Translations under genes and position numbers: made by a program
In this document: in pieces, positions 27,945 to 32,000 of the stretch
How the letters are laid out: each line of letters begins with the position of its first letter
Numbering within the stretch: the stretch's first letter is position 1
NCBI RefSeq assembly: GCF_000803625.1
Contig: NZ_CP007496.1
Span: forward strand, 570,001 to 602,000
DNA length: 32,000 nucleotides
Reading direction: 5' to 3'
From: Candidatus Nanosynbacter lyticus
Lineage (GTDB): Bacteria; Patescibacteriota; Saccharimonadia; Saccharimonadales; Saccharimonadaceae
The notes under the pieces: model-generated
Database searches by the model: none
What the model saw: only the letters and a program-made list of their open reading frames with translations
Told to the model about the DNA's origin: nothing

Positions 27945-28456
27945 TATTTTTCTCCGTCTTTCTGATGATATTTTTTATAGAATTTATACGGGTCTCTTTT
28001 TACTTCTTCGTTAAGTCTAATGGCTACGGATGGCTTTTTTCTGGGAACATTCTTCTTTGATACGTCAACCAAGAACTTACCGGATATTGACCTCCTGCCG
28101 ATCAATACCGGAAAATTATTTTTTGATCGATCAGACAAATTCATCAACATTTTAATTTTCCGACCGCCAATTTTTACCCAAAAATGTGTACGATAACGAA
28201 TTTGCTCGTGACCCATAGCGGACCGCACCCTCGCCACGGAATAATCAGTTCTCTTAAATATTTTACCGTTATAATATGGCGAACCTTTACCAAAAAGAGA
28301 GAATTTCAACACACCATCTTTATCGATACGAATATTGCTCGCCCATACTGCACTTGAATCAGCCCCAGTATCAATCTTAGCTGGGACTCTTTGCGCTCGT
28401 TTGCCAAAATCTACAAACTCAGTCGATCCAATAACCGTTTTTTCTTTCATATGCAA
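27944..28456 (-). CDS. Putative aspartic (retropepsin-like) 'ATP-dependent zinc protease' family protein, RimB-like
   Basis: TEFVDFGKRAQRVPAKIDTGADSSAVWASNIRI (DTGAD core), RTHFWVKIGGRKIKMLMNLSDRSKNNFPVLIGRRSI; immediately upstream of rimK. Confidence 0.8.
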   Translation of the reverse strand: MHMKEKTVIGSTEFVDFGKRAQRVPAKIDTGADSSAVWASNIRIDKDGVLKFSLFGKGSPYYNGKIFKRTDYSVARVRSAMGHEQIRYRTHFWVKIGGRKIKMLMNLSDRSKNNFPVLIGRRSISGKFLVDVSKKNVPRKKPSVAIRLNEEVKRDPYKFYKKYHQKDGEK

Positions 28457-28519
28457 ATATTATGGCATATTTTAAGATATATATCAATCAATAGGTCGTC
28501 CACAGCCAACTAAGGACTA

Positions 28520-29626
28520 CTAGAAAAGCCTACGCTTCTTTGCGCCTCTAAATTGTTCCAAAAGCTCCTTCTGCTTTTTCGTCAATTTAGTTGGAGTATC
28601 AACAATAATACCCACAATATGTGGACCGCGTGACTCACTGCGCAAATCTGGTACGCCATGGCCTGACAGCTTAAAGTCAGTACCGCTTTGAGTGCCAGCT
28701 GGAATTTTCATAGTTATAACGCCGTCTACGGTTTCCACGTCAATTTCTGTGCCCAATGCAGCGTCAACCATGGAAATATGCTCTTCGCTAAGAATAATAT
28801 TACCCTCGCGAGTAAATTTTTTATGCGCTTTAACGCGGATATGGACATACAAATCACCTCGACTTCCGCCAGGTACAGACTCACCACGATCACGCAATCT
28901 AATCGTTGCCCCGTCGTCAATACCAGCTGGGATTTTAATAGTTATGTCTTTATTCTGGCGAGTCGTGCCTTTTCCTCGACAAACTGAACATTCTTTTTCA
29001 GGAACTTTTCCCTTACCGTGACAAGTTTCACAAACAACCGCCTGCTGAATTTGCCCAAACAGCGAATTCATCGTTCGAGTTTGCTGTCCCGCTCCCTTAC
29101 AAGTCGGGCACGTTTTCATTCCAAACCCCGGCTCAGCACCATCACCATGACAATGCTCACACTCGTCCTCTAGCGACAAACTAATTTTCTTCTCTGTACC
29201 GAATATTGCATCTTCAAAACTGAGAGTTACACTAGTTTCAATATCACGCCCGCGCTGACGACCACCACCCGATGCGCCAGGCGCGCCACCAAAAAACTGA
29301 CTAAATATATCACCCAGACCGCCGTCACCAAAATCAAAATGAACATTCTGGCCACCAAATCCGCTAAAACCTTCAAACGGATTACCAGAAAAACCACCAC
29401 CTGAAGCGCCGCCGACACCGGCATGACCAAATTGATCATAGCGCTGGCGCTTTTGCTTGTCCTTCAAAACCTCGTAAGCTTCATTTATCTCCTTAAACTT
29501 AGCTTCATCACCGCCCTCTTTGTCAGGATGATATTTTACCGCTAGCTTACGAAAGGCTTTTTTTATCTCATCTTCAGAAGCGCTTTTTGACACGCCTAAA
29601 ACTTCATAATAATCACGCTTACTCAT
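28520..29626 (-). CDS. dnaJ: Chaperone DnaJ
   Basis: J domain [36 protein letters not shown], Gly/Phe region, four CxxCxGxG zinc motifs. The ORF track start at 29653 is probably too far upstream because it lies in the operator. Confidence 0.95.
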   Translation of the reverse strand: MSKRDYYEVLGVSKSASEDEIKKAFRKLAVKYHPDKEGGDEAKFKEINEAYEVLKDKQKRQRYDQFGHAGVGGASGGGFSGNPFEGFSGFGGQNVHFDFGDGGLGDIFSQFFGGAPGASGGGRQRGRDIETSVTLSFEDAIFGTEKKISLSLEDECEHCHGDGAEPGFGMKTCPTCKGAGQQTRTMNSLFGQIQQAVVCETCHGKGKVPEKECSVCRGKGTTRQNKDITIKIPAGIDDGATIRLRDRGESVPGGSRGDLYVHIRVKAHKKFTREGNIILSEEHISMVDAALGTEIDVETVDGVITMKIPAGTQSGTDFKLSGHGVPDLRSESRGPHIVGIIVDTPTKLTKKQKELLEQFRGAKKRRLF

Positions 29627-29635
29627 ATTGTATAT

Positions 29636-29664
29636 ATTATACTCGTTTAGCACTCACCATGCAA
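29636..29664 (-). promoter_or_regulatory. Inferred dnaJ promoter
   Basis: Minus strand TTGCAT (29659-29664), 17-nt spacer, TATAAT (29636-29641). Confidence 0.6.
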
Positions 29665-29673
29665 GAGTGCCAA
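29647..29673. promoter_or_regulatory. CIRCE element (HrcA operator)
   Basis: TTAGCACTC-N9(accatgcaa)-GAGTGCCAA versus consensus TTAGCACTC-N9-GAGTGCTAA: one mismatch. Confidence 0.9.
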
Positions 29674-29707
29674 TAGTCCCGCCACCGCCTAGTGTTATAA
29701 TTGTACT

Positions 29708-30361
29708 ATGTTTACATTACCTTCACTACCATATGATTATGATGCGCTAGAGCCAGCTATCGACGACGAGACAATGCGTATTCATCACACGATGCATCAC
29801 CAAACATACATTGCCAACCTAAATGCCGCAATAGAATCCCTACAATTCAAGCAGCCTGAATTTTACAATAACTTGCACACTGTCTATAACGAGCGGGGTG
29901 AGCGGGCAGCTTTAGAGTGGATTTTAACGGACGCAGCAGCCACACTCAAAGACTCTACGACTATAATTATTAATAATGCCGGAGGCCATCTAAATCATAG
30001 TTTATTTTGGCAGTATATGCGACCAGTGGAGACAAACAATCAACCAAATAAAACCGTGGCAGCAACACTAGCGAAGCACTTCGGCTCGGTGAAAGCATTT
30101 CAAGAAGCTTTTACTAAGGCGGCTACGGGGCATTTTGGATCAGGCTGGGCGTGGTTAGTGCGAGATGATAGCGGCGTACTGTCGATTATGTCAACTGCAA
30201 ATCAAGACAATCCCATTACTCACGGCCTAGTGCCGCTACTCGGACTTGACGTCTGGGAACATGCTTATTATCTACGTTATCAAAACCGCCGCGCCGAATA
30301 TGTCGACGTCTGGTGGTCGGTAGTAGACTGGAATCGCCTGGCCGATACTATTACAACATAG
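29708..30361 (+). CDS. sodA: Superoxide dismutase, Mn-type signature
   Basis: IHHTMHHQTYIANLNAAI, NNAGGHLNHSLFWQYM, GSGWAWLV, STANQDNPI, GLDVWEHAYYLRYQNRRAEYVDVWW. The GGH and ANQD residues favour Mn type. Confidence 0.92.
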   Translation: MFTLPSLPYDYDALEPAIDDETMRIHHTMHHQTYIANLNAAIESLQFKQPEFYNNLHTVYNERGERAALEWILTDAAATLKDSTTIIINNAGGHLNHSLFWQYMRPVETNNQPNKTVAATLAKHFGSVKAFQEAFTKAATGHFGSGWAWLVRDDSGVLSIMSTANQDNPITHGLVPLLGLDVWEHAYYLRYQNRRAEYVDVWWSVVDWNRLADTITT

Positions 30362-30387
30362 TGACGTAAATCAGCGGCTACAATTCA

Positions 30388-30424
30388 TAAAAATACCGCC
30401 CCATTATTAGAGCGGTATTTTTTC
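30388..30424. terminator. Bidirectional intrinsic terminator between convergent sod and dnaK
   Basis: AAATACCGC...GCGGTATTT (30391-30399/30412-30420) flanked by A-run and T-run. Confidence 0.85.
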
Positions 30425-30438
30425 ATTGGCAGCGAGGA

Positions 30439-32000
30439 CTACTTCTTATCAACCACCTCGCCTTCGACTGGTTCGTCTTTGTCAGATTTTTTGTCGTCCT
30501 TAGACTCATCAGTCTTGCTTTCCTCAGCGGATTGCTGGTACATTTTGGCACCGATTGGAATAATGGCGTCCTGCAAGGCCTTAGCTGCTGCTTCCAGCTC
30601 GTCTTTGTCATCAGCGTCTTTATGCTTTTCCGCTTCCTTGACTGCTTCGTCAATCGCCTTTTTGTCGTCGTCAGAAATCTTATCTTTGAACTCATCCGGC
30701 ATTTTCTTTGCCTGGTAGATGGCGTTTTCTAGCTGATTTTTAGCATCAACGGTTTCACGCTTTTTCTTATCTTCATCAGCGTGCAACTCAGCTTCTTTCT
30801 GGGCTTTTTCAATATCTTCCTTACTCATGTTGCCAGAGTTTTGGATGGTAATCGATTGCTCCTTGCCAGTGCCCTTGTCCTTGGCAGTAACGTTGAGGAT
30901 ACCATTCGCGTCGATATTGAACGTCACTTCAATCTGCGGCACGCCGCGCGGTGCTGGCGCGATACCGTCAAGCACGAAGCGACCCAAACTCTTGTTGTCA
31001 TTAGCGAATTCGCGCTCACCCTGCAAGACGTGGATCTCCACTTGCGGCTGATTGTCGGCAGCCGTCGAGAAGACTTCCGACTTACTGGTTGGTACGGTGG
31101 TATTGCGCTCGATCAGCTTGGTCGACACCCCACCCATTGTCTCAATACCAAGACTCAACGGCGTCACATCCAGCAGCAGCACGTCCTTGACGTCGCCTGC
31201 CAACACGCCGCCTTGAATAGCTGCACCGACAGCCACCACTTCGTCCGGGTTAACACCTTGCATTGGATCTTTACCGAACAACTTCTTCACTCGCTCAACC
31301 ACTGCTGGCATCCGGGTCATACCGCCAACCATAACGATTTCATTAACGTCAGATTTGGATAGTTTAGCGTCTTTGAGCGCCTTTTCGACTGGTATATCCA
31401 GGCGATCCAGCAAATCTTTTACCAAATCTTCCAACTTAGCCCGCGTCAGGCTCAGCTCAAAGTGCTTTGGCCCATCAGCATCAGCGGTAATGAACGGAAT
31501 GTTAACTTCATATTCAGTGACTGTCGACAGCTCCTTTTTGGCCTTTTCAGCTTCGTCCTTTAGTCGCTGCATGGCCGCATTGTCTTTGCGCAGGTCAATG
31601 CCTTCTTTAGACTTAAAGTCATCCAGGAAGTAGTTGACGATGACATTGTCAAAGTCCTCACCGCCCAGGTGGGTGTCGCCATTCGTCGCCTTCACCTCAA
31701 ACACGCCATCGCCGAGTTCCAAGATGGAAACGTCGAAGGTACCACCACCAAGGTCAAACACCACGATGGTTTCGTCATTTTTACCTTTTTCCAGACCGTA
31801 CGCCAGAGCAGCGGCCGTTGGCTCATTGATGATGCGCTTAACTTCCAGGCCAGCGATTTTACCAGCGTCTTTGGTTGCTTGACGCTGAGAATCGTCAAAG
31901 TAGGCTGGCACGGTGATAACCGCTTCAGTAACTTTTTCACCCAAGAATGCTTCAGCATCAGCCTTGATTTTGCTGAGGATCATGGCTGAAACTTCTTCTG
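30439..32000 (-). CDS. dnaK: Chaperone DnaK (Hsp70), 5' end outside window
   Basis: [87 protein letters not shown]. Frame is open to the window edge. Confidence 0.97.
   Translation of the reverse strand, partial: EEVSAMILSKIKADAEAFLGEKVTEAVITVPAYFDDSQRQATKDAGKIAGLEVKRIINEPTAAALAYGLEKGKNDETIVVFDLGGGTFDVSILELGDGVFEVKATNGDTHLGGEDFDNVIVNYFLDDFKSKEGIDLRKDNAAMQRLKDEAEKAKKELSTVTEYEVNIPFITADADGPKHFELSLTRAKLEDLVKDLLDRLDIPVEKALKDAKLSKSDVNEIVMVGGMTRMPAVVERVKKLFGKDPMQGVNPDEVVAVGAAIQGGVLAGDVKDVLLLDVTPLSLGIETMGGVSTKLIERNTTVPTSKSEVFSTAADNQPQVEIHVLQGEREFANDNKSLGRFVLDGIAPAPRGVPQIEVTFNIDANGILNVTAKDKGTGKEQSITIQNSGNMSKEDIEKAQKEAELHADEDKKKRETVDAKNQLENAIYQAKKMPDEFKDKISDDDKKAIDEAVKEAEKHKDADDKDELEAAAKALQDAIIPIGAKMYQQSAEESKTDESKDDKKSDKDEPVEGEVVDKK

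Noticed and set aside
28688-29439. Alternate-frame ORFs over dnaJ
   Set aside because: DnaJ domains are complete in the minus-strand frame; the others are Arg/Pro/Val-rich shadows.
29627-29653. ORF-track start of dnaJ at 29653 (MLNEYNIYN...)
   Set aside because: This extension would overlap the CIRCE operator and -10 box; MSKRDYYE at 29626 is the canonical DnaJ start.
30781-31989. Long plus-strand ORFs antisense to dnaK (193 aa and 106 aa)
   Set aside because: Mirror-frame ORFs over a highly conserved, codon-biased gene; no domain signal and dnaK is unambiguous.
1-32000. CRISPR array, transposon, integrase, toxin-antitoxin or restriction-modification system
   Set aside because: No regularly spaced direct repeats, terminal inverted repeats, transposase/integrase motifs or nuclease/methyltransferase signatures seen by eye.

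Overview
This 32 kb window looks like ordinary chromosomal backbone from a Candidatus Saccharibacteria (TM7/CPR)-like organism; lineage is inferred from gene content and order, with no database search. It is densely packed. Contents: a murT(partial)-gatD amidation pair, a GT39-type membrane glycosyltransferase, tRNA-Pro(TGG), a CPBP protease abutting a 5'-truncated phosphotransferase, gpmA, a NUDIX hydrolase, rny, tsaE/short tsaB, a type IV pilus cluster (pilB-pilC-pilM-pilN-pilO-small NPF-motif protein-PRC barrel), recX, a 2H phosphoesterase, recA, a class III prepilin, a PH-domain membrane protein, ruvB/ruvA/ruvC, a DUF4352-like secreted protein, a lamin-tail/Cys-repeat surface protein, yebC, comEC, tRNA-Lys(TTT), a DUF192 protein, rimK with a RimB-like retropepsin-fold protease, dnaJ with its own CIRCE operator, a Mn-type superoxide dismutase, and dnaK (partial). 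I see no CRISPR array, transposase or recognisable defence island. The best leads are (1) an elaborate potential RNA structure with a terminator at about 19940-20065, upstream of the DUF4352-like gene; (2) a sharp junction at about 4052 between a compositionally distinct CPBP gene and a decapitated phosphotransferase, next to a tRNA gene; (3) a CIRCE element overlapping the inferred dnaJ promoter, with a divergent sod separating dnaJ from dnaK; (4) a surface protein with five Cys repeats; and (5) several TATAAT boxes only 6-9 nt before start codons, suggesting leaderless mRNAs.
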